A stretch of 64,000 bases of DNA from positions 199,687-263,686 of the forward strand of contig CAZREA010000001.1 in NCBI GenBank assembly GCA_964599455.1, written 5' to 3'. Each line of letters starts with the position of its first letter. The first letter of the stretch is position 1. The notes below the pieces were generated by a model that saw nothing but the letters and a program-made list of their open reading frames with translations, did no database searches and was not told the DNA's origin. A program made the translations under genes and the position numbers. The stretch is from an uncultured Gammaproteobacteria bacterium (GTDB lineage: Bacteria; Patescibacteriota; Patescibacteriia; UBA9934). Below, piece after piece: positions 9,301 to 19,789 of this stretch.

Positions 9301-9675
9301 TCACTCTTCTAAACCCAATGCATCACGTGGCTGCGCATCTTCATGTTCTTTTGCAGCAAGCAGATGGTCAGGATTATTGCGTAAAGGACCGTTCTTTCGG
9401 TTTTCTATTTCACGCAATGCTCTGCGCAATTGCTTCCGCTCTTTTTTACGACGAGCAATCTCCTCTTTAATTTTCCAAAAAAGCACATCCGCAGAAGGTC
9501 CTTTGATATTCTCATTCCAAAGCAACTGACGAATACGTTGATCGTACGATTTTTCCGGTACCTTGAGACGCTCGATCTGGTCGGCGTAGGCATTGACTTT
9601 TCGCTGCTGCTCAGATTGTTCAGGAATACGTTCTTCACCAGCAGAACGAAAACCTTCAGGCATTTTTCTAATCAC
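9301..9675 (-). CDS. hypothetical basic coiled-coil protein
   Basis: 124 aa, K/R/E-rich. No known motif. Confidence 0.35.
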   Translation of the reverse strand: MIRKMPEGFRSAGEERIPEQSEQQRKVNAYADQIERLKVPEKSYDQRIRQLLWNENIKGPSADVLFWKIKEEIARRKKERKQLRRALREIENRKNGPLRNNPDHLLAAKEHEDAQPRDALGLEE

Positions 9676-9799
9676 ATGATGACATTAAGGATAGTGTAAA
9701 AAGATATCTGCATTTTACCAGCATCTTTCTGAAAAAACAGGAGCTGTTCATAACTTCTTTTCATGAGTAAAATGTTTCTATACCTATCTAAAATTTACT

Positions 9800-10291
9800 A
9801 TGAAAAAACTTGCTTCATTTTTAGAAAATCTTCTCGGCCCACTTTTTCGTCCAGTCAGTAGATGGCTTGCTCACCCCGAACGTAAACACCCAACTTGGCA
9901 TTATGAAGCTTTGGTCGTCGCACTTATATTATTTGGAGTAGCAGCCCTTACCACCAATTGGTCAATAGTATTCTCGCAACCACTCACCGCTTGGTGGCGC
10001 CCTTTTATTATCAACTGGCTCGTGGCAGCCGCAGTGCTTATCTCGTTCCTACAGGCACAGGTAGGTTTTCGCATGGCCGAAGCTCAAAATATCTCAAAGT
10101 CACGCAGTGTTGATTGTCATATGTGGTCAGGACGATATTGGATTAGTAAAGAGCTGTTATGGTTTATAGTCTTTTTCCTCAGCGGTGCCTTTTCGGCCAT
10201 CGCAGGCAACGTCGTCTTCCTTTTGTACCCCGCCTGGAGACAAATTCATGTAAAGGAAAGAATGAAAATGAGAAAAGGTGGGGATAAGTAG
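9800..10291 (+). CDS. integral membrane protein
   Basis: 163 aa with 4 hydrophobic helices and Trp-rich loops. Confidence 0.4.
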   Translation: MKKLASFLENLLGPLFRPVSRWLAHPERKHPTWHYEALVVALILFGVAALTTNWSIVFSQPLTAWWRPFIINWLVAAAVLISFLQAQVGFRMAEAQNISKSRSVDCHMWSGRYWISKELLWFIVFFLSGAFSAIAGNVVFLLYPAWRQIHVKERMKMRKGGDK

Positions 10292-10345
10292 CAGACAAAT
10301 AGCGTGCAATGAACGTAAAATGAAAGAAATTAACTAATTTATTCT

Positions 10346-11191
10346 ATGTTAGAAGCACCTCGTCCAGACATGTCAGGTGAAGGAAAAAAACATGCGCCAG
10401 CAATTCTTGATTTAAACAGCCTCTCGAAAAGCAAGAATGATGTTTCTGAAAACGAAAATGATCACATTCCCGCATTCGAGTTCGAGGAGTCCGAAAATCA
10501 AGAACCTGTAGACGATGAAGATTCTTCCACAATAACAGAAGAAGACGAAGAGGAAAATTATGATGATCGCGGAAAAGAACAGTCAGTCATGGCAACCTCT
10601 CCGGTAGATGATGATGCAGGAGTTTTCCATGCCACGGAAGATGAAATTCGTAACGCAGTACTTTCAAAGAGTGAGCAAAAAAAACGAGAGGAAGAACGGA
10701 GACGTGAGACAATACAAGTGATCATGGCATACGAGAAGATTTTGCGGGAACTTGAAAACCTTTCAGGAGAAAAATCTCCTGCAGTTCAAGAGGCAATACA
10801 AATTCTCGGAGAAGAGCTCATGCAGAAGGAAAATTTTCTTTATGGTTCAAGTGAGGAGGATAGGGGTATTCTCGTCCACGTTCCCGGCCAGGAAGAACCC
10901 GAAGATCCCATCAAGAGACGAGCTCCTAAACCGAGCTCGTTAACAGATCTTCCAGCCCCCTTCTCCCCTGAGCGTGAGCAAGCCCTTAAAAGAGGAGCGA
11001 GATTACCTTCGGTGGTTAGCGCATATGATACGGTCATTGCAGAATTAGGAGATGAAATCGATACAAATCCGGCAATCGAAGACGTTATAAACACTCTCCT
11101 AATTCAGCGACGTACCGTTCAGGACGAACTTGATCGAATCGAAGGAAGAACAAATAAAGCTGGTCCTCGAGCAAAGAAAACTACCGAATAA
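10346..11191 (+). CDS. acidic hypothetical protein
   Basis: 281 aa, highly D/E-rich N-terminal half with a coiled-coil-like C-terminal half, ending before a strong terminator. No recognisable domain. Confidence 0.45.
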   Translation: MLEAPRPDMSGEGKKHAPAILDLNSLSKSKNDVSENENDHIPAFEFEESENQEPVDDEDSSTITEEDEEENYDDRGKEQSVMATSPVDDDAGVFHATEDEIRNAVLSKSEQKKREEERRRETIQVIMAYEKILRELENLSGEKSPAVQEAIQILGEELMQKENFLYGSSEEDRGILVHVPGQEEPEDPIKRRAPKPSSLTDLPAPFSPEREQALKRGARLPSVVSAYDTVIAELGDEIDTNPAIEDVINTLLIQRRTVQDELDRIEGRTNKAGPRAKKTTE

Positions 11192-11196
11192 AGAGT

Positions 11197-11421
11197 ATGC
11201 ATTCGTCTAAAAATGTTTCTCTGCGCAGGCGAAATATAGTCGATATAGTCGATGAAACAGGAGTAACGCTTCCAAGGACAGTACAGACTCTTGATCAAAT
11301 GCGCGTCGCAGCAATGTTAGCTCCTTCACTTGGTGACAAGTTCATGCAAGATTCCGCTCGAGCAAAAGCCATGACCACAATTTCAGCTGAAGATTTAAAG
11401 CCACTTCCTAACGAAAAGTAA
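11197..11421 (+). CDS. small hypothetical protein
   Basis: 74 aa ORF directly after the previous gene and followed by a terminator at 11426-11460. Confidence 0.3.
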   Translation: MHSSKNVSLRRRNIVDIVDETGVTLPRTVQTLDQMRVAAMLAPSLGDKFMQDSARAKAMTTISAEDLKPLPNEK

Positions 11422-11425
11422 GCAC

Positions 11426-11460
11426 AAAAAATCGCGATCACATGGTCGCGATTTTTTTAT
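11426..11460 (+). terminator. rho-independent terminator
   Basis: AAAAAATCGCGAtcacatgGTCGCGATTTTTTTATG. Confidence 0.7.
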
Positions 11461-11477
11461 GCTAAAATAGTAACCAT

Positions 11478-12125
11478 ATGTGTTTTTCTTTGGAGGCCAG
11501 TTTTGCCGCAAGTGCCGTGTTAGCAGCGACTGGCGTGGTCACGCTCAAAAAGTCCACGTCAGCTACACGCATGTACGCGGCCATTCCCTTCCTTTTTGCG
11601 ATACAGCAATTCTTCGAAGGTTTACAATGGCACGCGCTCGCACACGGCACAGGCAGTCTGTTTTATGCATATGGCTTTCTCTTTTTTGCCTACATCCTTT
11701 GGCCTGTCTATATCCCCTTAGGAGTTTTACGCATGGAAACAGATGTAAAACGAATCATGCATCTTCGTATCTTTTCACTTATCGGTGCTGTAGTTAGTGG
11801 CGTTCTTCTTTATACACTCACCAGTCGTCCGTTTGATATCATTGTTCTTCAGCATCATATTTCTTACGAAAACACTGTTCCTTTTCGCGTCGTTCTCGGC
11901 GTGCTGTACGTTCTTGCGACGAGTGGCGCCTGTCTTCTTTCTTCCCATAAGTGGGTTCGGGTTTTTGGTATCACCACCTTTATTGCCGCGCTTGCCACCG
12001 CACTCGTCGTATTTCATGCCTTCACTTCTGTTTGGTGCTTTTTTTCCGCGATATTGAGCATATTGATTTACATCCACATTTCTTCATTCTCTCCAAACAA
12101 AAATCCTCGCTCCACACGAAAATAA
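11478..12125 (+). CDS. integral membrane protein (6 TM)
   Basis: 215 aa, hydrophobic and rich in aromatic residues. No family assignment possible from sequence alone. Confidence 0.45.
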   Translation: MCFSLEASFAASAVLAATGVVTLKKSTSATRMYAAIPFLFAIQQFFEGLQWHALAHGTGSLFYAYGFLFFAYILWPVYIPLGVLRMETDVKRIMHLRIFSLIGAVVSGVLLYTLTSRPFDIIVLQHHISYENTVPFRVVLGVLYVLATSGACLLSSHKWVRVFGITTFIAALATALVVFHAFTSVWCFFSAILSILIYIHISSFSPNKNPRSTRK

Positions 12126-12219
12126 TCCATTACTTGCCGAAAATAGGGAAAGGAGCTAGGCTTTCCGGTCTTCGTATTGCCCCTCGCAGTCGAAGAATCA
12201 CCCGAAATCGGAGCACGTT

Positions 12220-12471
12220 ATGTCAACACAAAAAGGAATTTCGTCAGCACCGAAGAACGCCTTGGAGACTTTTATTTGTTTCCTCCCCATCCTCTCGGTT
12301 CTCCTGGGAATACTTGGGACGAGTCTTTTCCTCGCCGGGGTTTACTCGGATCCTGGAGTCACGAAGGTGATGGCGGGCGCGCTCGGTGGAGCGATGCTCG
12401 TCACGGCTCCCATCGGGGGCTGCATCGCAACCATGAGACTGATTCGCTGCAATATCGAGAACGGCATCTGA
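12220..12471 (+). CDS. small membrane protein in GC-rich insert
   Basis: 83 aa with GGAG 7 nt upstream of the ATG and two TM helices. It is followed by a GC-rich terminator (AACGCGCGCCCccttGGGCGCGTTTCGTTATTT). Local GC is clearly above its surroundings. Confidence 0.35.
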   Translation: MSTQKGISSAPKNALETFICFLPILSVLLGILGTSLFLAGVYSDPGVTKVMAGALGGAMLVTAPIGGCIATMRLIRCNIENGI

Positions 12472-12537
12472 AGCCTTCGTCCAACGCGCGCCCCCTTGGG
12501 CGCGTTTCGTTATTTCTGCTATTCTATCCTTCATCCT

Positions 12538-13236
12538 ATGACCCACGACGAACTCGACATTCTCCTCAAAAAATGGCAGCCCAACTATATTGATGCCGGC
12601 ACCGGCTTTCGTCGCGCACTCGACGCCGTCGTCACAAACGAAAGCATCGTGCTTGATATTGGCTGCGGTCGACAAACGTTTGCTGATGATATCTACAAAA
12701 AAGCCAAGTATCGCGTCGGCATTGATGTTGATGAGTATGCCAAAGAGAATCCGATTATGAATGAGGTGATTATCGCCAATGCCGAAAAACTTCCCTTCCC
12801 CGCTGAACATTTCGATATCGTTACCGCACAATGGGTGATGGAGCATGTTAGCGATGCCGAAGGATTCATCAAAGAAGTCATGCGTGTACTAAAACCCGGA
12901 GGATCATTTATCTTCATGACACCAAATGCCCGAGCGCCGTTTGTTATCGCAACACGATCATTCCCCACGGTTATCAAACAAAAATTACGCACCTGGATGC
13001 TGGGCTTTGCCGATGATGAAACATTTCCCACCTATTACCGTCTGAATGATGCAAAAGTCATCGAAAAGCTTGCGCGCAAAAGCAATGCAAAACATGTCAC
13101 CATGTCGCACTACGATTGTTATGGATATTTCAAATTCTCTGTAATTTTAGTTTTTCTGGTATTTGTTTTCTATCAAGCAGTAAACATGCTCAGTAAAAAT
13201 CGTGAGCATCATCTTGTCGGCTCAATACAAAAATAA
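12538..13236 (+). CDS. class I SAM-dependent methyltransferase
   Basis: VLDIGCG motif I, an acidic loop (GIDVD) and motif-III-like VLKPGGSFIF. The start is trimmed to MTHDELD, downstream of the terminator of the preceding gene. Confidence 0.7.
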   Translation: MTHDELDILLKKWQPNYIDAGTGFRRALDAVVTNESIVLDIGCGRQTFADDIYKKAKYRVGIDVDEYAKENPIMNEVIIANAEKLPFPAEHFDIVTAQWVMEHVSDAEGFIKEVMRVLKPGGSFIFMTPNARAPFVIATRSFPTVIKQKLRTWMLGFADDETFPTYYRLNDAKVIEKLARKSNAKHVTMSHYDCYGYFKFSVILVFLVFVFYQAVNMLSKNREHHLVGSIQK

Positions 13237-13342
13237 CTCAAAGATATTGGACGCATGAACGATATACACAGATCACTCATCCTCCTTTCAAGACCCATGT
13301 TATAGTCGATTCACTCCCCAGTAAGATTCTTGTTTTTATTTT

Positions 13343-13747
13343 ATGTTAGATCAAAATGATATTTTTATTCTCGAAAAATTGTTCGATAGAAAATTCGAGC
13401 AAAACTTTCAAGAATTCGGAGAGAAACTCGAAGTAACTCTTGAACAAAAACTTGATGTCAAACTTGTTCACCTGGAAGAACGTTTAGAAATACGTCTTGA
13501 AAAAAGATTAACCGAAAAATTAGACGAAAAAATGCGTATTCGTTTGAACGATTTCGGCAATTTCATCGAAGATAAAATGCAAGGGATGATCTCTGCTTCA
13601 GAAAATCGTCTCATCGCTCGAATGGATAAGATGGAAGAACGCATTAATGCGAATATCGTCTCTTTTGCAACGGTCTCCATTTTGCCGCAAATAGATAACC
13701 TTTACGGAGAAGTTCATCACATCAAGCAGCATCTGAAACTTGCGTAA
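13343..13747 (+). CDS. hypothetical coiled-coil protein
   Basis: 134 aa with heptad-like LE/KL repeats (KLEVTLEQKLDVKLVHLEERLEIRLEKRL). It is followed by the terminator ACTCCAACTAtacgccTAGTTGGAGTTTTTTT. Confidence 0.4.
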   Translation: MLDQNDIFILEKLFDRKFEQNFQEFGEKLEVTLEQKLDVKLVHLEERLEIRLEKRLTEKLDEKMRIRLNDFGNFIEDKMQGMISASENRLIARMDKMEERINANIVSFATVSILPQIDNLYGEVHHIKQHLKLA

Positions 13748-13790
13748 ATGCAAAAAACTCCAACTATACGCCTAGTTGGAGTTTTTTTAT

Positions 13791-13819
13791 TTGACGAAAA
13801 AGCATTTTTTGGCTACTAT
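13791..13819 (+). promoter_or_regulatory. sigma70-like promoter upstream of typA
   Basis: TTGACG, a 17-nt spacer, then TACTAT, located 38 nt upstream of the typA ATG. Confidence 0.45.
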
Positions 13820-13857
13820 TCGCCCACATTTTTAACGTCATTTGGCGTTTTCTTCTT

Positions 13858-15651
13858 ATGGATATCCGCAACATCGCCATTATCGCCCACGTCGACCACG
13901 GCAAAACCACGCTCGTTGATGCCATGCTCAAGCAGTCCGGTACTTTTAACGATCGCGACACGATCGAAGTTTGCGTCATGGACTCAAATGAGCTCGAACG
14001 GGAGCGCGGCATTACCATCTACGCCAAAAACACGGCCATCATGCTTGATGACCACAAAATCAATATCGTCGACACCCCAGGTCACGCAGACTTTGGTTCT
14101 GAAGTTGAACGCGTTTTGCGTATGGTTGACTCGGTGCTCCTGCTGGTTGATGCCTACGAAGGCCCGATGCCACAAACCAAATTCGTGTTGCGTAAATCAC
14201 TCGCGCTTGGACTCAAGCCCATCATCATCCTCAATAAAATTGATAAACCGACTGCTCGACCCGATTGGGTACTTAACCAAGTTTTTGATCTTTTCGTCGA
14301 ACTTGGTGCTAATGATCAACAGCTCGAATTCACCTATTTGTACGCTATTGGACGTGACGGTGTTGCCAAACGTCATCTCACCGATGAAAACGTTGATCTT
14401 CGCCCATTGTTCGATGTTATCATGCAAGAAGTCCCCCCTGCACCAAGCGACATCACTAAACCTTTGCGCCTCCAAATCACCAACTTGAAGTACGACAACT
14501 ACGTCGGTCGTTTGGGTGTTGGTCGTATTTACGAAGGTGTTGCCAAACCAGGTATGAACGTGACCGCTATCAAACCTGATGGCACGCGCTATAGTGGCAA
14601 ACTCACCAAAGTGTATACACATCGCGGCCTAGAGAAAATCGAGGTACAGGAAGCCGTTGCTGGCGACATTGTGCAAATTGCCGGTCTTCCCGAAATTTAT
14701 GTTGGTGAAACGGTTGCTGGAGACGCAAACGCAGAAATACTGCCCACGCTATCGATCGATGCCCCTACGTTGACGATGAACTTCATGCCCAATAGTTCGC
14801 CTTTTGCCGGACGTGAGGGGTCCCTCGTTACCTCTCGCCAAATTCGTGAACGCTTGGAGCGTGAGCTCGAAATCAACGTGGGTTTGCATGTCGAATTCCC
14901 AAGCGGCGAAGGTGAGTTCCGCGTTTCCGGACGTGGTGAAATGCATCTTGCGGTGCTGATTGAACAAATGCGTCGCGAGGGATTTGAACTTCAGGTTTCT
15001 CAGCCCCAAGTCATCATGCGCCAAGAAAATGGTGAACAGCTCGAACCAATGGAATCGGTGGTCATTGATGTACCTGATGAATTTGCCGGAACAGTCATTG
15101 AAAAACTAGGGAAACGCAAAGGCGAGATGACCAACATGATTGCCGAAAATGGTTCAACACGTTTGGAATATACCGTGCCAACCCGCGGCATTCTTGGCTT
15201 CCGCACCGAATTCCTGACCGATACCAAAGGTGAAGGTACGTTCTCCCACATCTTTGCCCATTACGGAAAACATAAAGGTGATATCTCTCGTCGCAGCACC
15301 GGCTCAATTATCTCCGGAGATCAAGGAAAAACGACCCCCTACGCCTTGGCGATGGTACAAGAACGTGGTCCGCTGTTCGTTTCTCCAGGAACTGAAGTCT
15401 ATGAAGGTATGGTTATTGGTGCGAGCATGAAAGAAACCATGACTGTCAATCCGGTACGCGAAAAGAAACTCACCAACATGCGTGCTTCAAGTGCCGATCA
15501 TATCGTCGTTATCACCCCAGCCATCGACATGAACCTCGAGCGTGCGCTCGAATACGTCGATAGCGATGAATACGTGGAAGTCACCCCACAGTCCATTCGC
15601 ATCCGCAAAAAGTATCTCACCGAAGCCGAGCGTAAACGCGCTGACCGATAA
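13858..15651 (+). CDS. typA: translational GTPase TypA/BipA
   Basis: N-terminal [11 protein letters not shown]1 motif, DTPGHADF G3, NKIDK G4, and EF-G-like domains. 597 aa, the typical BipA length. Confidence 0.95.
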   Translation: MDIRNIAIIAHVDHGKTTLVDAMLKQSGTFNDRDTIEVCVMDSNELERERGITIYAKNTAIMLDDHKINIVDTPGHADFGSEVERVLRMVDSVLLLVDAYEGPMPQTKFVLRKSLALGLKPIIILNKIDKPTARPDWVLNQVFDLFVELGANDQQLEFTYLYAIGRDGVAKRHLTDENVDLRPLFDVIMQEVPPAPSDITKPLRLQITNLKYDNYVGRLGVGRIYEGVAKPGMNVTAIKPDGTRYSGKLTKVYTHRGLEKIEVQEAVAGDIVQIAGLPEIYVGETVAGDANAEILPTLSIDAPTLTMNFMPNSSPFAGREGSLVTSRQIRERLERELEINVGLHVEFPSGEGEFRVSGRGEMHLAVLIEQMRREGFELQVSQPQVIMRQENGEQLEPMESVVIDVPDEFAGTVIEKLGKRKGEMTNMIAENGSTRLEYTVPTRGILGFRTEFLTDTKGEGTFSHIFAHYGKHKGDISRRSTGSIISGDQGKTTPYALAMVQERGPLFVSPGTEVYEGMVIGASMKETMTVNPVREKKLTNMRASSADHIVVITPAIDMNLERALEYVDSDEYVEVTPQSIRIRKKYLTEAERKRADR

Positions 15652-15655
15652 AACA

Positions 15656-15690
15656 AAAAACTCCCTTCACGGGAGTTTTTCTTTTTATGA
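15656..15690. terminator. bidirectional rho-independent terminator
   Basis: AAAAAACTCCCttcacGGGAGTTTTTCTTTTT. Confidence 0.7.
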
Positions 15691-15701
15691 AAAATCTTTT
15701 C

Positions 15702-15980
15702 TTAAAGATTTCGCTCTGCAATTTCAATCGTTTGTCCAATTTTTGATTCAAGTTCGCCGAGTCCTTTTTCGAATTGTGATAAGAGTAGTGACATAATCAC
15801 CATCTCCCCTATCACACCAGCACCGAACACCAGCCACGCTTCGGGTCGATCAACTTGTATCCCTGCAAAAATAAGGAGACCGGCAAAAGCCAGAGACGAA
15901 CACGCAAACATGATTTTCATGAGAGAAAACCCCTTCCTTTTCTTTTCAATATACTCAGGAGTAATCTGCACCAAAGGCAT
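15702..15980 (-). CDS. small membrane protein
   Basis: 92 aa with two TM helices, immediately downstream of rpoD on the same strand. Confidence 0.35.
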   Translation of the reverse strand: MPLVQITPEYIEKKRKGFSLMKIMFACSSLAFAGLLIFAGIQVDRPEAWLVFGAGVIGEMVIMSLLLSQFEKGLGELESKIGQTIEIAERNL

Positions 15981-15982
15981 AC

Positions 15983-17296
15983 TTAGTAGTCCTTAAGCTT
16001 TTGAATGATGTCTTTATTTTGAATTTTTTCGAGCGCCTTAGCCTCGATCTGACGAATACGCTCACGGGTAACGTCGAATTCACGTCCCACTTCTTCAAGC
16101 GTATGCGATACGCTATCTTCCAGTCCAAAACGTAATTCGAGAATCTTTTGCTCACGCGGTGCCAAGTCTTTCATTGCTTCTTGTACGTAATCTCTTAAAA
16201 GCTGGCGGGCTGCACTTTTGTCGGGAGAAAGATTTTTGTTATCTTCGATAAAGTCTTCAAGTTTAGAATCATCATCGTCATCACCAACAGATGTGTCGAG
16301 TGAGGCAGTCTCTTGTGAAATCTTTTGAATATGCACAACTTTATCAATCGGCATGTCCATTTCGGCAGCAAGCTCTTCGAGCAACGGTTCGCGACCCAAG
16401 TCTTGAATCAAACGACGCTCGACTTGCTTGAAACGATTAATGGTTTCCACCATGTGCACTGGAATACGAATAGTGCGGCTTTGATCGGCAAGTGCACGGG
16501 TAATCGCTTGGCGAATCCACCAGGTAGCGTACGTAGAGAATTTATATCCTTTACGATATTCAAATTTTTTCACCGCACGGAACAAACCAACATTTCCTTC
16601 TTGAATAAGATCGAGCAGTGATAACTGCTTACCGACAAATTTCTTCGCAATAGAAACGACTAAACGGAGGTTGGCTTCGATGAGACGACGTTCCGCCTCT
16701 TTTTCATTGCGTTCCTTGCGCTTTGCAAGCGCGACTTCTTCCTCAGCGTTTAACAACGGAATTTTTCCAATTTCCCGAAGATACATCTGAATACTGTCTT
16801 GCGTAAGTTCAGAAGTCAGACTTGATGTTTCGACTTTTTTATCAACGGTAATACGCAATTTATCGTAAACATCGTCGCGACTCTTTCCTCCTCCCAAAAA
16901 ACCCTCTTTCATTTCAACGAAATGGAGACCTTTACGTTCGACGCGATCTAAAAATTCTTCTAACAATTCCAAATGATCTTCGATATAGCCAAACGCAAAC
17001 AACAGTTCATTCTCGGTAATGAATCCCCGTGTCATACCGCGCTCAATCATGCGTTGCAAGGCTTCGTCAGAAGGAGGCGGTGATTTCTTGTCGGGAATGA
17101 GCTTAACAGGCGCTTGTTTGACCTGCTGAACTTTTGCGAGCTTAGGTGCTCCTGCATTCTTTTTTCCCGATGCAGTTTTCTGTGGCACAACTCTTGCGAC
17201 CGTCTTTTTTACGAATGTACGCATGTTTTTTTTGACGGTATTTTTTTTTGTTAAAACTGAACTCTTCACTTTCTTCACGATTTTTTTTACGGGCAT
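15983..17296 (-). CDS. rpoD: RNA polymerase sigma factor RpoD (sigma-70 family)
   Basis: Region 2 ([40 protein letters not shown]), region 3 and region 4 ([15 protein letters not shown]...[24 protein letters not shown]). It lies 15 nt downstream of dnaG. Confidence 0.93.
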   Translation of the reverse strand: MPVKKIVKKVKSSVLTKKNTVKKNMRTFVKKTVARVVPQKTASGKKNAGAPKLAKVQQVKQAPVKLIPDKKSPPPSDEALQRMIERGMTRGFITENELLFAFGYIEDHLELLEEFLDRVERKGLHFVEMKEGFLGGGKSRDDVYDKLRITVDKKVETSSLTSELTQDSIQMYLREIGKIPLLNAEEEVALAKRKERNEKEAERRLIEANLRLVVSIAKKFVGKQLSLLDLIQEGNVGLFRAVKKFEYRKGYKFSTYATWWIRQAITRALADQSRTIRIPVHMVETINRFKQVERRLIQDLGREPLLEELAAEMDMPIDKVVHIQKISQETASLDTSVGDDDDDSKLEDFIEDNKNLSPDKSAARQLLRDYVQEAMKDLAPREQKILELRFGLEDSVSHTLEEVGREFDVTRERIRQIEAKALEKIQNKDIIQKLKDY

Positions 17297-17311
17297 AGAA
17301 AATGCAATGCG

Positions 17312-19216
17312 CTACTGCGCAGCACGAAGCGTATTAAGAAGCGATGCATATTCAGCCATAAGCGCCGTAAGCTTTGCGGAGTCACCCGCAAGCTCAGCGT
17401 GCCGAATAGCCGCTTCAAGTTCTTTTTGTTTGCTTTCCGCTTGAGCGCGAGAAAACAGTGCAAGATGCCGTTTTGCCTCGTCCCGCCGTGCTTGTAACGA
17501 CAGTCCGGCAATGATCTCGTCGGTTTGGAGTGCAAGCGTATCAAGGATACTGAGTAATGATCCTTGGCTGGCACTATCGAGATATGCCCGAAGTCGCAAA
17601 AAAAAGGGTTGTTTTTGCTGAGGGGGAGAGGAGTGCAACTGACCGTCACTATACACCTGTTTGGCAGACGCGTAAAGCAAAGACCAGGGGTCTTTTAAAA
17701 GATCAATAGGAACACGATCGAGAATATCTTTCGCTAAACGTTCCTCGGCTAATGCCAATCCGAGCAAAAAGGCGGCAGCTTTATCCAGTTTATCGGGTTC
17801 AGACACGAGCGCAGATCGTAGAGGTTGGGTATGCCCGGCAGCTGCCGGACGTGCCCCGGCGCCTACGGACGCGGGGGCGCGTTTTTCGGTCGTATTTTTC
17901 TGTATCATTCCTTTCAACACATCAATATCCACATGCGTGGCGTCAGCAAGACGTAAAAGATACAAATATTGTTCGTCGGGTCGTGAGATGCGACCAAGCG
18001 ATGGCAACAATTCATCAATCAATTTTTTTCTCCCCTCGGTACTTGATACTTCCCCTTGTTCTTCAAACGTACGGATGGTTTTTTGAAAGAGATATTCCAC
18101 AACTTCATACGAGCTGTCCGCAAGCTCCTGCCAACGCGCAGGGTCTTTTTTCACAACCTCATCAGGATCTTTGCCAACGCCCGGCGGTAACACCAAGCAG
18201 CGAATCTCTACCGCAAGCGTGGCATCTTGTTGTAATTGCAACGCAAGAGCAAAGGCGCGCTTGGCCGCAGCGAATCCAGCAGCATCTTCATCCAAACAAA
18301 AGATAATACGCCTGGTATACCGCGACAACATACGCAACTGCATCTCGGTTAGCGCCGTTCCTGATGACGCGACGATATGTTCAACCCCTGCTTTATGAGA
18401 TGCAATTACATCAAGATTTCCTTCAACGACAATCACACATTCTTTTTTGCGAATAGCAGACTTTGCCAGATGAAGTCCAAATAAGACTTCGCTTTTTTTA
18501 TAAAGAGCTGTTTCAGGAGAATTCACATATTTTCCTCCTTCTTTTTCTTGCGACGTTCCGGGAAGTACACGACCGGTAAAGGCGATCACTTGGCCTTGTG
18601 CATCGCAGATAGGAATCATCAAACGATTACGAAAACGATCAATCACGCCATCGCCAAGTTTTTTCGGAAGTGACAAGCCACCATCAATCAATTCACGTGC
18701 AGTGAATCCTCTTTTTATAAGCGCGGTGCTCAACGCATCCCACGAATCAGGCGCTGCGCCCAAACGAAACTTTTCGCGCAACTCAGGAGTAATGCCCCGA
18801 GATTCAACGTATGTTCGCGCCGCAGCTCCATGCGGATACTCACGCAATGCCAAGCTGTAATATTGTGCCGCCAAATCATACATCTCGAGCATGCGCTGTC
18901 GAGCATTGGCGACCTCGGGTTTTTGTGGCGTATATTCGGGAATTTCAACTCCTGCTCGACGACCCAAATGACGCAAGGCCTCGGGAAAGGTCATGCCCTC
19001 CATTTCCATGACAAACGAAAAAATATCACCCCCCTTATCGCAGCCAAAACATTTAAAAATCTGCCGCTCGCGAGAAACGTGAAAAGAAGGGCTACGCTCA
19101 TTGTGAAACGGGCAAAGACCCTTCAAACTCCCCGTTCCCGCAGGTTTTAACTGGACATATTCGCCAATAATCTCCGCAATATCGAGTTTCGCTTTCATCT
19201 GTTCTTTCGGCTCCAT
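17312..19216 (-). CDS. dnaG: DNA primase DnaG
   Basis: CHC2 zinc finger (CPFHNERSPSFHVS), TOPRIM domain (VIVVEGNLDVIA ... FCLDEDAAG). 634 aa, forming a classic dnaG-rpoD operon. Confidence 0.93.
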   Translation of the reverse strand: MEPKEQMKAKLDIAEIIGEYVQLKPAGTGSLKGLCPFHNERSPSFHVSRERQIFKCFGCDKGGDIFSFVMEMEGMTFPEALRHLGRRAGVEIPEYTPQKPEVANARQRMLEMYDLAAQYYSLALREYPHGAAARTYVESRGITPELREKFRLGAAPDSWDALSTALIKRGFTARELIDGGLSLPKKLGDGVIDRFRNRLMIPICDAQGQVIAFTGRVLPGTSQEKEGGKYVNSPETALYKKSEVLFGLHLAKSAIRKKECVIVVEGNLDVIASHKAGVEHIVASSGTALTEMQLRMLSRYTRRIIFCLDEDAAGFAAAKRAFALALQLQQDATLAVEIRCLVLPPGVGKDPDEVVKKDPARWQELADSSYEVVEYLFQKTIRTFEEQGEVSSTEGRKKLIDELLPSLGRISRPDEQYLYLLRLADATHVDIDVLKGMIQKNTTEKRAPASVGAGARPAAAGHTQPLRSALVSEPDKLDKAAAFLLGLALAEERLAKDILDRVPIDLLKDPWSLLYASAKQVYSDGQLHSSPPQQKQPFFLRLRAYLDSASQGSLLSILDTLALQTDEIIAGLSLQARRDEAKRHLALFSRAQAESKQKELEAAIRHAELAGDSAKLTALMAEYASLLNTLRAAQ

Positions 19217-19513
19217 ACTTGTAAAAAGAGCGTAACCCGTGTATCGTATTTACGCAACGTTTTCACTTTTGGTACACGGAGCAAGAAGTACACAACGGAC
19301 CTCTCTCACGCATCATTCTCAGAGGATATCGTCGGCTCGACTTTGCTCCGTGTACCACCCCGTTCAAGCGTCGGTTGAAGATTATATCGTAGGGGTTCTG
19401 TGGGCTTTGCAACAACGGTCATATCTTCAATACGACGCTTCTTCCTTCAACGGCACACGTGATATCCATCGCGTGTGCCGTTTTCTTTTCAGAGACGGGT
19501 CGGCGACCCGTCT

Positions 19514-19768
19514 TTACGGCGCCAGGCGCTCTCTCTTAAGGATCTCCTTTTTCTTTTCGGCTCCACGATTATATCCACCCGTCTTTCCATCTGATCGCAC
19601 GACGCGATGACAAGGAATATCGGGATTGTAATTTTTATTCAAAATATTTCCTACTGCACGATGCGCCCGAGGTTGACCGGCCATTTCCGCTACCTGTTTA
19701 TAGGTACGCGTTTCTCCTTTAGGAATACTGGCAACAATAGCAAACACTTTTTCGCGAAAAGTATTCAT
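19514..19768 (-). CDS. MGMT-family protein (methylated-DNA-protein-cysteine methyltransferase DNA-binding/active-site domain only)
   Basis: 84 aa containing the PCHRVV active-site motif, with the HTH-like QVAEMAG upstream. A single-domain form lacking the N-terminal Ada/Ogt domain. Confidence 0.7.
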   Translation of the reverse strand: MNTFREKVFAIVASIPKGETRTYKQVAEMAGQPRAHRAVGNILNKNYNPDIPCHRVVRSDGKTGGYNRGAEKKKEILKRERLAP

Positions 19769-19789
19769 GAGGAAAGTTATAAAAAAATA

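Noticed and set aside
19239-19610. 123-aa plus-strand ORF in the dnaG upstream region
   Set aside because: It runs through two strong terminator hairpins and into the MGMT-family gene on the other strand. The region is better interpreted as non-coding structure.
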